64,000 nucleotides of DNA from Antedon mediterranea (Eukaryota > Animalia > Echinodermata), in contig NC_092676.1 in assembly GCF_964355755.1 (NCBI RefSeq), positions 23,020,871 to 23,084,870 on the forward strand, given 5' to 3'. Of this stretch, positions 1 through 12,500 are shown piece after piece. The notes below the pieces were generated by a model. It had not been told where the DNA came from. It saw only the letters and a list, made by a program, of their open reading frames with translations, and did not search any database. A program made the translations under genes and the position numbers. Each line of letters opens with the position of its first letter. Position 1 is the first letter of the stretch.

Positions 1-116
1 TTCAGAAAAAACTACTAGTTTACTGCAGTAAAGTAATTGTAACTGCAGTAGAATCATTTTGACATGATCCCTAAAAACATGGAAATTAAGTGAGCAGATG
101 AAACCTTAATACCAAC

Positions 117-3100
117 CTGTGAAAATTCCTGATACTTTCAAGTTGAAGACACGTCTTTGTTTTAAGTTAAACTGCGTAAAAATGAAGCGTATTAATAGCT
201 TTAATGAGCAAAGCTTATTACTTTCTCGATGAACAGCTCCGACACGGCAGCGCACACTTTAATTACGGAACAATAGTCGAACTGCAGGATGTTGACCGTA
301 GAATAGAATCTTTTGTAATCAGTATTTCTCAGGCACTTTCTTTCTGTAAAACAAAATTACAGTCTCCAATCAATGCATGAAAACTAGGTGCTTTAAATAA
401 ATTTGAGTTTTTGTACATTAAATATAGGATTAAATATTTGTACTGACTGTATAGGCAATGTTCTTTCCGTTAAAAATAAAAAGCACAATTCCAGTCTCTC
501 ATGTACTGCATGCAAAAACGTACACTTAGATTTGCGAAAAACATTTTATAACCCACATCTGAATTTAATCTATTAGGCATGCATAGTATGTGAACTTCAG
601 AACATGCTTAAGATAAATTCAGAAACCTGCTATTGCTAAAGAATTTAAAGTAATAAAGGCCTTTCAGGGAGATTGAAGCAAGCATGGCCATACTCCACAG
701 CATGAACCCTTTTAGCATAACAAAACAAACTGCCCACATTACTGTATATGTTTATTTTTTAAAAGATCAGTTTAACAATGTCAATGTCACCATGTTTCCA
801 TACAAAATCGAAATAAATATTCAATTTTCGTTATTAATTTATTTCACTTTGATCTAATAATGACCTACTGTTTATACTACAGTACGAAAGAGGGTTTTCA
901 ATTTAGAAATGAGGGTTGAGTATAGCCTCTGAGTGGACTAGATGAAAATATGCATGATCAATTGAGAGATGGCAGGTAGAATACAAAATACAATGTACAT
1001 GCCAGAATGTAACACAAAAGGAGAGAGTTAACTTAGTCTGATTTTAATAGTATTACTTCAGTAATCATTTAGATATACTGCAGTATTGCACATTGGTATG
1101 GTAATATTTCTGTATCTACTACAGTAAATATTATTAGCAATGAGATCACAGTTCCAGAAATTGCACATTTTTAGCTTTAGCACAAGTACAAAAGTAAAGG
1201 TGTAATAAATAAACACAGAGTAAGTCTACTGTATGATACAGTAAGTAACTGTATAGTTACTGAACTTTTAATTGTACACCGTGGGAAATTCTATGATTAC
1301 AAATTTAGAATTAATGCTTTTATATTAATAAAATAACTTGGTGTTGATTGTTGATCAAACTATTTTGTTGTTTTGTTACCCATAATACACTATTCATCCC
1401 CTGCGTATGCATTCTTTATTGATTATTACAGTGTCAACAGTAGGAAATTCATTCAAAAAAACTTTATTGTTTAATATTACTGGGCATGTCTATACACGTT
1501 TTCCACATTTTGAGATCATTGCCTCACTACAGGGGATCAGTCAGAAGTTGGAAAGGAGGTGAATTATTTTCATAAAAATCGACCTTGTAACAAGATTAAA
1601 AGTTGTTAAGATTCAATGATGTGCAGGGCTAGCCTATGGCTGGGCTAGCCTACAGCTGATAACATCAATTTCCCATGGGCTACGAGCCTAATTTCTTGCT
1701 ACATGTCGTTTTACCTAGTTATTAATTTGATAGGATGTCTGCAAAAATTCTTTAGACAAGACATTCCAATGAAATACCATACTGTACTTAATGTTGTCAA
1801 ATAAACTGGAGGTTTAATTAGTTCCACATGAAATGAAATCAGATTGCCAATACACCTTGGTATGAGCATGGAGGAAATCCATGGTATGAGAGGTGTACTT
1901 GATTCTGAACAACTCTAGAAAATTGAGACTGGTCAAATTAAACAAACTTTGAAACAAAACAAATTGACTCAACAATGAAATTCATTTACAGTTTTTTCAA
2001 TGTAAATGAAAAAAAAGGTTATGCTAAAAAATTGGCCAAAAGATATGGATGGATGCTTGGTATGGAGAAGTTGTAGCTCTTTATACTAAAAAAGGTGTAC
2101 AGTATACTGTACCATGCTATAATTCAGCGAGAAGAAAATTGCAAAACTTCGCAAACCACCAAAAACCATGCGCAAACTAAATAAAAACCACTTAATATAT
2201 ATCACAACTACAAAAGAAGACAATATAAAAAAATTAAAGGTTTGCGCCCTGACAAGTACCGTAATGTAGTTAAAGAACAAGGCTACTGGAAAACATTGAC
2301 TGGTTCATTTACAAAAATAGTGCACAACAACAAACTGTTTTAATTAATATACAGTATAAAAAAAAATACAAAGCATTACATATACACAGTGTATTTTCAT
2401 TATTGATTTTTTTCAAAATAAAGATCCAAATATTGATTTTATATTTTAATGATTTTATTTTGATATTTGTTTACTTTATCATAATACAAATAATTATGCT
2501 ACTGTATATGATGACAGATGTACAAAAACAGCTGAACGTCCATAAACTATTTACAAAAATAAATTTGTTTTTGCACATATTTACATAATACAGTATTAAT
2601 GTAAAGGTATTTTATTTTTCTATGCAAATTAGTTTAATTTGACACATGAAATCAAAATACAGCTTTATGCCATTGCTATTGAAAAAAGGGTTAAACTACA
2701 GTATATGCATGGATTCAATTGGACAAACCCAGCGCAGACTGGCCTACCTCTGTTGGCCTTTTTTCTTTACTTGTCGCAAAACCTAGTGTCTTTCCAAAAT
2801 CAAATATGGATCAATGAGCGTAATTGGATAAAATACTATTTTGTGGACATTTATTTAAATTATGGAATTAAATATTTCCAGAAATTAAGAATTCTTATTT
2901 CAATCTATAAAATGAACAGTTTTAATTAATACCAGTCCAGCATACTGTATGTGCACCACAAAGAAGTAAATCTGGCTTCCTAGGCCTCTGTTGTTATCTT
3001 TTGAATGCCAGAATTGTAAACAATCTTGTTTACTTTATCACCTGTGTGCTTAGCTTTACAGGGCCTACCAACTAATGCTTTGTGGAACTAGGGGCCTACA

Positions 3101-5080
3101 GCTCTACTGTAATTTTAGAAAGCAGCCATGATGAAATGTTGGTTGTTGCCTCAAGAAATGTGTCATTCGCTTGAATTGAATAGTATTATTTATATGACAT
3201 CTGATGAAATAAGAGTATTGTAATTGACAGTAGATTATATGTTTCTTTGTGAAAAATTGCAACAGGGAAAAAAACAATGGCCATTATAATAATAATTATT
3301 ATTTTTATGATGTACTATCATAAGAATCATATTTCATAATTATTAATTCTTTATAAAAGTGCGAACATTTTCAGAATGCCCTGTCCCTAGCTGACAGTTG
3401 GCTTCATTGTACTGTAGAAAAAAGTGTGATGTGCCCAAATATGGTAGCGATGTGGCGAAATATGGTAGTGATTTGCTCAAATGGTAGGTAGTGATATGAC
3501 ATCATCGTGCCCATATGGACACATCACATTTTTTTATCACATAAAGTTTGATAGTGTGGACAGCGCTGAACAGGCCCAAATTAACAATTAATAGTACTGT
3601 AAGTGTAATGCTCCAAAACACAATTTCTGTATGAAATTAAAATTAATATGAAAAATTTTAATTGATTATTAAAGTTCTGTTAAAAAATTATGATTAAATT
3701 GTGTTTATTAAAATTAAATTAAATTTTATAAGAAAAGTGTTATTAACACAGCCTTGTTCAAATATCATGCTTAATACTCCTGGGTACACACAATAATAAT
3801 GCATAAAATTTGGCAAACAAAAGGCCACATGTAATACAATCTTTAAGTTCAGATAATTTGGGATAGTTAATAGCCGCACCACAAAGAACACAAATAGACG
3901 GAATCTACAAAGTCCCTTGTCTTATGAATAATCAAAAAATTTGATAGCCTTTGTCTTATATCTCTTTAGTCATGCTTAAACCTGCTGTAGGCCTGTAGTG
4001 TGCTAAGCACTAGCAACCGTACGCAGTGTAAAGCTCAATGAGTATACCATTAGGCTTCACTGAATGTACATACTAAAATTACCACGGAAGACTGGTTCCA
4101 ACAATAATTAAATGCAATATTATTGATTATGATGGTCGTGGGTGAAATAAACGACTGCATATTGGCTATCGTCCGTGTCAAATTGATGATAAATAATATT
4201 CGGTGTACACAAAGCTTGACTGTTGTGACAACAAGTACAGTATTGAACATAAACATAATATGTTGAAAGCATAAACAAATAAATTACTATTCTACTAATA
4301 TTTACAGTACTTTTTTAAATTAAAAATATCAAATGTATCCAAAAGTAGGCCTATCCCTGTCATACAGTAACTATTAGAACATACTTTTAGGCAGTAATGT
4401 TTGCTTTTATTTAATTCTAGGCCCAGCCTAGGTCAGAAATAATTGTGCATGATGGGGTATTCCAGGGTGGTATGCCCTCCTGCATAAACTCTAGCCTAGA
4501 GCTAGGACAGATGGGAGGCTAGCTAGGTAGCCTCTATCTAGACTATCTAGAGGGGCCTTCTTAATATTATTATAATAGTACAGTTACAGTAGGCTACGTA
4601 CTAGAAACATTTTTGTAATAATGAAGAAGTCAAGATAATGAAAGCGTAATAATAAACCAAAACAGTTAAGGCAGGTTGAGCTGGTACTGTAATAGACCGG
4701 AGAATACTGCGAATACTACCATCACGCATTCTACACACCTCCCAGGAAGCCCAGGCTACCGTCCTGTAACCATTTTCCGTGTACTACCTGTATGTGTCGT
4801 TGTTCCCTATCACCTGGTTGGTGGTCAGGACAGGTTAGTATAGGCCTAGGCTTGGTAGGCCTAGCCGTTGTAGACCCTTTTGTCGAAATGTTTCAATAGC
4901 ATGGTATACTCTTAATAATGAACATAACAAATTAATGTATTCGCTAAGTACTTACTGAGATCGTTATAACAACTCCCTGATAGGCTCTAGCAGCTTGCAA
5001 ACACTCACTTTCCACACGACTCCTCGAACAATGTCATCCACGAAAATAAACAAAATACACACACACATTTCGTGCCGTGG
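117..5080 (-). other. Putative 5' non-coding exons (about 5080-5009 and 343-117) of an unidentified gene continuing beyond the left edge
   Basis: CpG-containing, promoter-like segment near 5030-5120 with donor AAA|GTGAGT at 5009 (alternative TCA|GTAAGT near 4955). Segment 343-117 is bounded by TTTTGTTTTACAG| and CAG|GTTGGT and keeps CpGs, unlike its flanks. Splicing these gives only a short uORF, so the product is unknown. Confidence 0.35.
3378..3568. mobile_element. Copy of the 21-bp-array MITE family
   Basis: GTGTGATGTGCCCAAATATGGTAGCGAT...GGACACATCACATTTTTT...AGTTTGATAGTGTGGACAG. Confidence 0.7.
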
Positions 5081-5764
5081 TTTCACTATTGCGCAATTTC
5101 TCAAAAACCTGTTGGTGGCGCTATTTAAATTTTAATTTATAGTAGACGGAGTAAAGTTTTGACAAATTAGCATAAAAAACTTTTTGAAAGTGGTGGTTCA
5201 TTGTGTTCTATTTTAAAATTAGTGTTAGCCATATAAATACAACTTTGAGAAACAGATAGAAGAAATAATTTACTTTTAGTGTTATTATCTATAACGACTT
5301 TATTCCAATACTATAATGCCATAATTATTATTAAATAAATAATAAGGTTAGGCTAAATTAAGATTACTTTAATAAACATGATGTAAAAATAATGGTACAA
5401 TAGGATAGCCCATTAAAATTGCATACAGTATTTCCAATAATGGTAAATTCAAATAATGTATATAGGTCTACTATACATACAAATATTTGGTTCCAAAAGG
5501 TGGTGACTTCTGATGACCTATATATATACATATATGAAGGGAACACAGGCGGCAAGGAGGCATACAAATAAAAAAAAAATAAACAATCACGTTCTAAGCG
5601 TACTGTTATGATTAGGCCCTACTGTATTATCATAATAGTTCATTAATTGAAATGTATATAATTATTAAAATGAATGTTGTTTTATTGCAGCTACAAATGT
5701 ACATTTGGCTGACATGTCACATGGAGCTCCACATCACGTCAGGGCGTATTGATATTTAAAAATT

Positions 5765-8700
5765 CTACTTAATATTCACAAATCTTAAAAACCGAACACT
5801 GCCATTTTGAAAGCCAGCTATCACACTGCGCCTATCTCTTGAAAGATCAAACGATGTGATATCAATTGATTTGTAACAATATTTGTTAGCGTCTTTTTTA
5901 CTGTCCAACTCAGCTAAATGCAACATATCTTGTTCAACATACCCCAACATTAACGTGTCTAGTAACTTCTCATCAGATATTGTTACATTTGTCTTTGGTT
6001 TAACAAAAATTCTATTATAGTTTGCCGTTAGAGATTGTTCGTAGATTATATTCATAGAATCATACTCTAAAACCTGAACGACACACTCTTTGTTGTCCTT
6101 CGCGTTTCGTGATATCTTCTGATAAAACACTAACACATTTGGGCCTAGAAAACCGAGTTGGTGAGCACGAGAGAAATTGTTACCGAGCGAACATTTCTTG
6201 AGGATTCTGCTGTATGATGGGCTCCAGATAGTGAATGACAACGTGCCTTGAATGTCAACGTCTGCGAGCATTGCAGCGGATTGATTTTCAGATACGATAA
6301 CAGACAGAGTTGCTAATCGGTCGCCATCTTTATTCATTACTGCTGAAACAATCTGGAAATTGGATATAAAAAAGTTAAAGTTGGAATATAAAAAAGTAAA
6401 TAATAAGCTTCAACAAGTATTATGTTAAATAACATTTAAAAACGTAATCAATACATCCCTACATATTTTCTTTTTGCATAAATCAACAAAATGTGTACAC
6501 AATTACTAGTTTTTTTTTTATTTATTTTTTTTTTGTCTTGTGTGAGTTCTTCTCACGTTTATTTAAATTCTCATTGATGAATATATTATATACATATAAG
6601 TACATTTGTGACAATTAAAAGTAAGTGTTTAGAGTAGTTAAAATACCGGTATATTTACATAATAAGATGCCAGAATTCAGTATTAACCATATATTTTCTC
6701 ATTTAAAATTTTAGATACGATGTTAATTAAAATGTAGAAATGAAAAATGGCGGTTATTTGTGTTCTTATTTGTGTTTGAGTAGAGAGGTTATAAACTCAG
6801 GGGAGGAAAATGTAGTATCCTCCCTTTTCACCAAGATAAGATGGATGGAATGAAAAAAAGATAAATGCAATAGGTTGAAAGTTAGTTATTTAGAATGATA
6901 GCATGAAATGGTATATTTAATGAAAACCGTAAGGTTAGAGTCCATATACTGTGCAAGTCCAAGATGCAATTTTGGCTCTGTGTGTATGTGAGACGCTTCA
7001 TACCCGATGTCATCTTAGTACAACTACTACTTACAATTTGTATTTACGGTATAACATTATTGCAAATATTTTTTTTATTTTTTTTATTTGTTAACAGTTT
7101 TCAATCTAGTTTCCAGATCAGTTCAAAATGCGACAACAAACTGTAAACTACCACCATTTTATTCTTCAGTTGTAAGATCACATTACAACAATACGTCATT
7201 TCATTGGCTGCTGATAACAGGAACTCAACAAATAGTTGTCAAATAGTCTCTGTCAAGTTTTTCAACTGATCTTTTCTTTACTCGAAATAGCTTTAAAAAT
7301 CTTTCTAACAAAGTTTGATATAATGTCATCTAGCTTTTAACCCTACCTTCTGGTTATCCCCATGCTTGAAGTCTCGTAGATCAGATTCGTAGACATCAGC
7401 TGGAAAGATATCAGGACACGATTTCCATTCATCTACCATGCATGACGCCATGACTGACATACAATACAGAACACCTGGTCTATTACCTGTACTAAAATAT
7501 GCGTTTAGTCCACTACGCGAAAAATGCACGAAGAAGAACGTGGGACTTGCAAACGGTACCAATCTAACCATCAGAATAAAACGGAGAAAGAAAATATTTG
7601 TTTAAATCTGAAAACTAGTTTTTGGTTACTTCTTTCTTCTCAAGCATCAGGAAGAAAAATAGAAAGTAGACCTACAGTCTTTCTAAAGCATCATCACCTG
7701 TATTCACTAATGTTATATTATGGAGCAGGATGAGAAAAGACAGGAGATGGTTTCAGAATACTGTTAGAGAAGCCACTTTCAGAGTTTGCTTTGACGAAGA
7801 TATATTATGATTTCAATTGAACTAGGACAGAATTACAATGTTCAATACTATTTAAGTTTTCGTTTATCAAATCATTTATGTAATAAATTTAGATGTCAGT
7901 TACTTGATTGAAACTAATACTATATTCCTTTAGTATTACAAACAAGATGCTGTTTACAATCACTAATATTTATATTTGATTAGATTTCAATATTTTCTTG
8001 AAGAAAAGTCATTGTTGAGAAATTCTGCTTCTTTTATTGTTTTGTTGAAAATATAAGAGAGGCTGTAGAGAAGTCCATACTTACTTGTGTTTACAGTTGA
8101 TGGTCATGCTATTAGCTGTAGTTGTAGAGGCTGATGTGTTCCATATATCGATTGCTTGATCTCCACAAAATCCGACAACAAACATGTTGTTTTCGGACAC
8201 ACAACCAATACGTTTAACATCTATGTAAAAATGGATTGGTTGGAATTAATTACTTTAAACTATTATCAAGACTACCCTAGTGTCTTTAGCTCTGTTTCAA
8301 TCTTTATTTGACATAAAAGTGTGATGTGCCCATATATGGACATGATGATGTCATATCACTACCACATTTGGGTATATCACTACCACATTTGGGTATATCA
8401 CTACCACATTTGGGTATATCAGTACCATATTTGGGTATATCAGTACCATATTTGGGTATATCACTACCACATTTGGGTATATCAGTACCATATTTGATTA
8501 CATCACACTTCTTTTGTCAAACTAGTTTGATTGTTTAGACAGGGCTTTTACCAATGAGCCAATATATTGGAAAAACGAAGAGAGTTCAGTAAACCACTAA
8601 CATCTTGGAAAATTAACTATAATGTTTAACGGTTATTCTGGTGAATATGATGATAGTAACTTACGGCAAGATGTCTCCGACACAAGAACTCGCGTGACGG

Positions 8701-9535
8701 TTGGAGGAGATACGTTCGTTTGCCAGAAGTAGGTAGTCTTGTTGGATGCAACAGTTACAGCACTGGTTCCGTCTGGAGAGAAGATGCAGCTTTCTATTGC
8801 GTGGCTGTGCGTCTGTAAAGTTTAATAATGCATATAGGTTTTTAATATAGCAGCTCTAAAATATAATTTTCACACAAGTTGAAGAAAATTAAAATGCTCA
8901 AAAAACGTGTATATTGCACAATGATAATAATTACAAGGAAGAACATCATGGTTTGTGTACATGTTGCCAAAAGATTCGTTTTGATGTCTGTAATGTGTTA
9001 TTCTCTAGTGTTGTCGTCACGGCTATAAATGTAAATTAAAGACACCTCTCTTCGAATAGGCCTAAAAGGTCGAGGCAGATAATATTAAATTAATACAATA
9101 GTTTAATGTAAATTAATACTTTGCTATAATTATCCTATACTCACAACACCTCGCGCAAAGTTTTCAGTTGATAGGTCACGTGAATCCCAGATGCGCACAG
9201 ATTGGTCTTCACTCCCGGTTGCCACCATCGTTGTATCATCTTGTGATCTTTCAAAAGAACATGAGCTTACTGGTGCAGTATGTCCTTTTAAGTAAGTCCA
9301 TGTTGCTCCACTTTTTTGGAACTTCAAAATCTAGAAAAGATAAACTATGTTTAAAATAAAAATAAACAAAAAAAAAGAAAACAACACAATAAAAGAAAAT
9401 GTGAAACAAGAATAAAAACAAGAAAATTGAGAAACAGAGAATTATAGTAGTAAAAAAAAAGAAAATCTAAAATACAGAACTTAATTTTAAATTCAATAAG
9501 TTCACGTTTATAAAAAGGAAATAAAAAGTAGACAG

Positions 9536-9587
<52 letters not shown>

Positions 9588-12500
9588 AGAATAAAACAGA
9601 AAGAAAAACAAGTAAATAGCGAAAAAAGAAGAGAGAAAACATAACAAAACAAAGAGCAGTAAAGTACTGAAGTAAACTTTTAAAAACAACAATGTCTGAA
9701 ATATGATGAAATTTGATTTACTTGAACTTTTACAGATAATGATTATAATAGCTCAAATATTTACTCGTAAAGTGGAATCCTGGCCATCCATGGAAGCCAC
9801 ATAATCTAAATTTTGTGAAATCACTGCATGTCCCTGTTGACAATTTAATGATAACCTATCTCCAATTGGTTCAGGATTGGCTCCGGCTGTATTCCATCGG
9901 TATGTTCCGTTCGGCAGTATTCCTAAAACGCGTTTACTGTCCAAAGAAAACGCTAAAAAGCTTCCAGTGAGATTAGTTTTTAAATTGTTCGCACCAAACA
10001 TTTTCGCTTCCTATGTTACAAAAAATAGAAATAATAATAATTTAAATTTTAGTGCGGAAGACTTCTAAGCAAAAACTAAATATAAGTTTTTCTTATCCTT
10101 TGTTGTTCACCACCACCTTTAATCATAAATTATTCATAATTATATTTAAGAGATTGAGCAAGTATTAAGAAGATGAAGATTTATGAACCTGCTGTTTTGA
10201 AATGTCCCATAAAACCACTGTCTTGTTTGCCATAACAAGCCACTTTTCGTTAGGCGCAAACGCAACACACTTTGGTCGACACTAAAAGAAAATATGTGAA
10301 GCTAACTTTAATACCTAAATCTAGATTCTTGGAATTTCCAGTTGACTTTGATGTCAAAATCGAAATTAATTATATATATGAGTAAAGATTAGTCACGGCA
10401 ACTGGTTTTCTGAGGAGTATACCTTAAACCATGTAAACTATAACATCATGTAGTGTACTTCAATTTAATATTACCTTAAGTTCTCTCTTTTTTACAACGT
10501 TTCCTGATGGTACACGGTAAGTAATCAATCGACCATAGGAGACGACGTGGATAATCTTGCATGGCTTAGGAATAAGCATGGTTGCCAAATGGTCAACATC
10601 TGTTTCTATGCACATTGAAAGTTTTCCTAAACAAAATAGCATAATTGATATTTTTGTTATTAAGACCATAAAAAAAGAAAAGAAAAAAAAACCCCGTAGG
10701 CATAATGCAACTTACCTTTTGGGAAACCTCCGGTACCCAAACCATATACATAAATTCCAGTTCTCGTCAAGCAGCAAACCCAATGACAGTTACTTGGAAA
10801 TTCCACTTTCATTGCAGAGCACTCTAACGTCATTTCGAGTGCACCACTAGCTACCTGAAATTCAATATTATAACCATAGCTTAAATGATTGATTGACTAA
10901 TAGGCCGGCCAATTTACTAACTGTATGTTTAAATCCCTAACAAAATTTTTAATTGATATTAATAAACACTGTAGTTTAAAATATGACGTATATATTTGAA
11001 AACAATGAGTACCTAAATGTAGTACCGGTACATTTAAATAGATCAATTAGAGTAAAAGTCAACAGCAAGTAAAGGTATACCAAATGTGTTAGAAAGACAG
11101 TTACTACAAAGGTGTAGGTGACGAATGTTATTACATAAATTATTGTGTAACTTTTTGTCCATTTTGAAACACTGTATTCACAGTGACATTCAAGAATCTC
11201 TAACTTACCCTCCATACTTTGAAAATATCTTCGCCACTCACAGTAGCTAGATATTTTGCTGACGGGGAAAATTTACATAACTTGACGGCAGCCGTGTGTT
11301 GTAATGTCATAACCTCAGAGTTAACGGTTTGATTCTTACTCAAATCAAGTAAACAGTTCACTAAAATAGTATAACATTAACAATGTTATTTGTAACGATT
11401 TGTATGGTTATATCATTATTTAATTGTTGATTGTTAAAGCTTGGTTCAAACTGGGATGCTGATGGACCAGGCGCAACTTATATAATCTGACCAATGAGAA
11501 GTGACGGTATACATGGGTTTGGCTGCGCCATAGCTTATGATTGGTCAAACGACTTGCGTTTAGTGTAGGCCTATTATATGTTCTGTGATTATGAATAATA
11601 GTTGAACTTAGCCATACTTGTGTTATTTCTTTCTCTGATGTAGTCCATAGCAGCCAAAGTACACACTGACGCGTCTGGCTCATTCAGAGCTTGTTGGCAG
11701 ATCAATTCCGGATGAGCTTGAAACATGTGGATATTTGCACGTACAAGTCGATAGAAGTCACGTAGAGTTGGACTATTTTCTGCCTTTGCTGATGCCTGAT
11801 CAAAAGAAAACACTGGCTTTAATGTTGGTCAATATCATAATGCAGTTTTTTCTAAACTAAAACAAGTTGTGAGGGTTCAACAATTTCAACTAAGAAGAAG
11901 CTAGAGTTCCCGTAATTGTAAATTACTGTAGTTCATTCTACTGCAACAATTAAATGTGTCATTAAACCATACCATATCATTAAAATGAAATAAATTGTGA
12001 AGTAATGAAGTTGTTTTTTTAATACCTCTGCTAATTCCAACACTAGTTGATAACTTCGTCCTGTTTTACACTTAGCACGAATCCATGGTATCGTACACAG
12101 TTCCTAAAAATAAAGATACATTCTCTACGTTAGCTAGCAGTTAACTAAAAGGAACAGGAAAAAACTAGAAGTTATTCAAGAATTTTACTTTAGAGAGCAC
12201 CGAATTTTTATAAAGGTCGACCGTGCTATGTTTCATTGCACTTTAAAATAAAAAAAACCAACATTATAATAATACAAAATAACAACATCACGACCTACTT
12301 TCTCACATTCTGTCCACATCCCAGCCTTTATAAGGTGGTACGGAAGCTCTGTTAGTTTTCTCAAGTTGAATCGATCACTGTTCATCTTCCCCTTCCTACT
12401 TACTACCACAAGAGGCTGGAGAGGGAGACGTCGATTTGCTATGTTTGGTTCATTTGTTTTCTTGTCTCGAAAAGGTTTTGGAACATTTGCCCATCTGAAA

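Noticed and set aside
8326-8538. ORF with ISLPHLG repeats, or a CRISPR-like array
   Set aside because: It is a 21-bp head-to-tail tandem inside a MITE. There are no unique spacers and no cas genes, and it lies in an intron.
9351-9692. Hydrophobic ORFs with SIYL repeats
   Set aside because: These are translations of a (GATA)n microsatellite and an A-rich intron.
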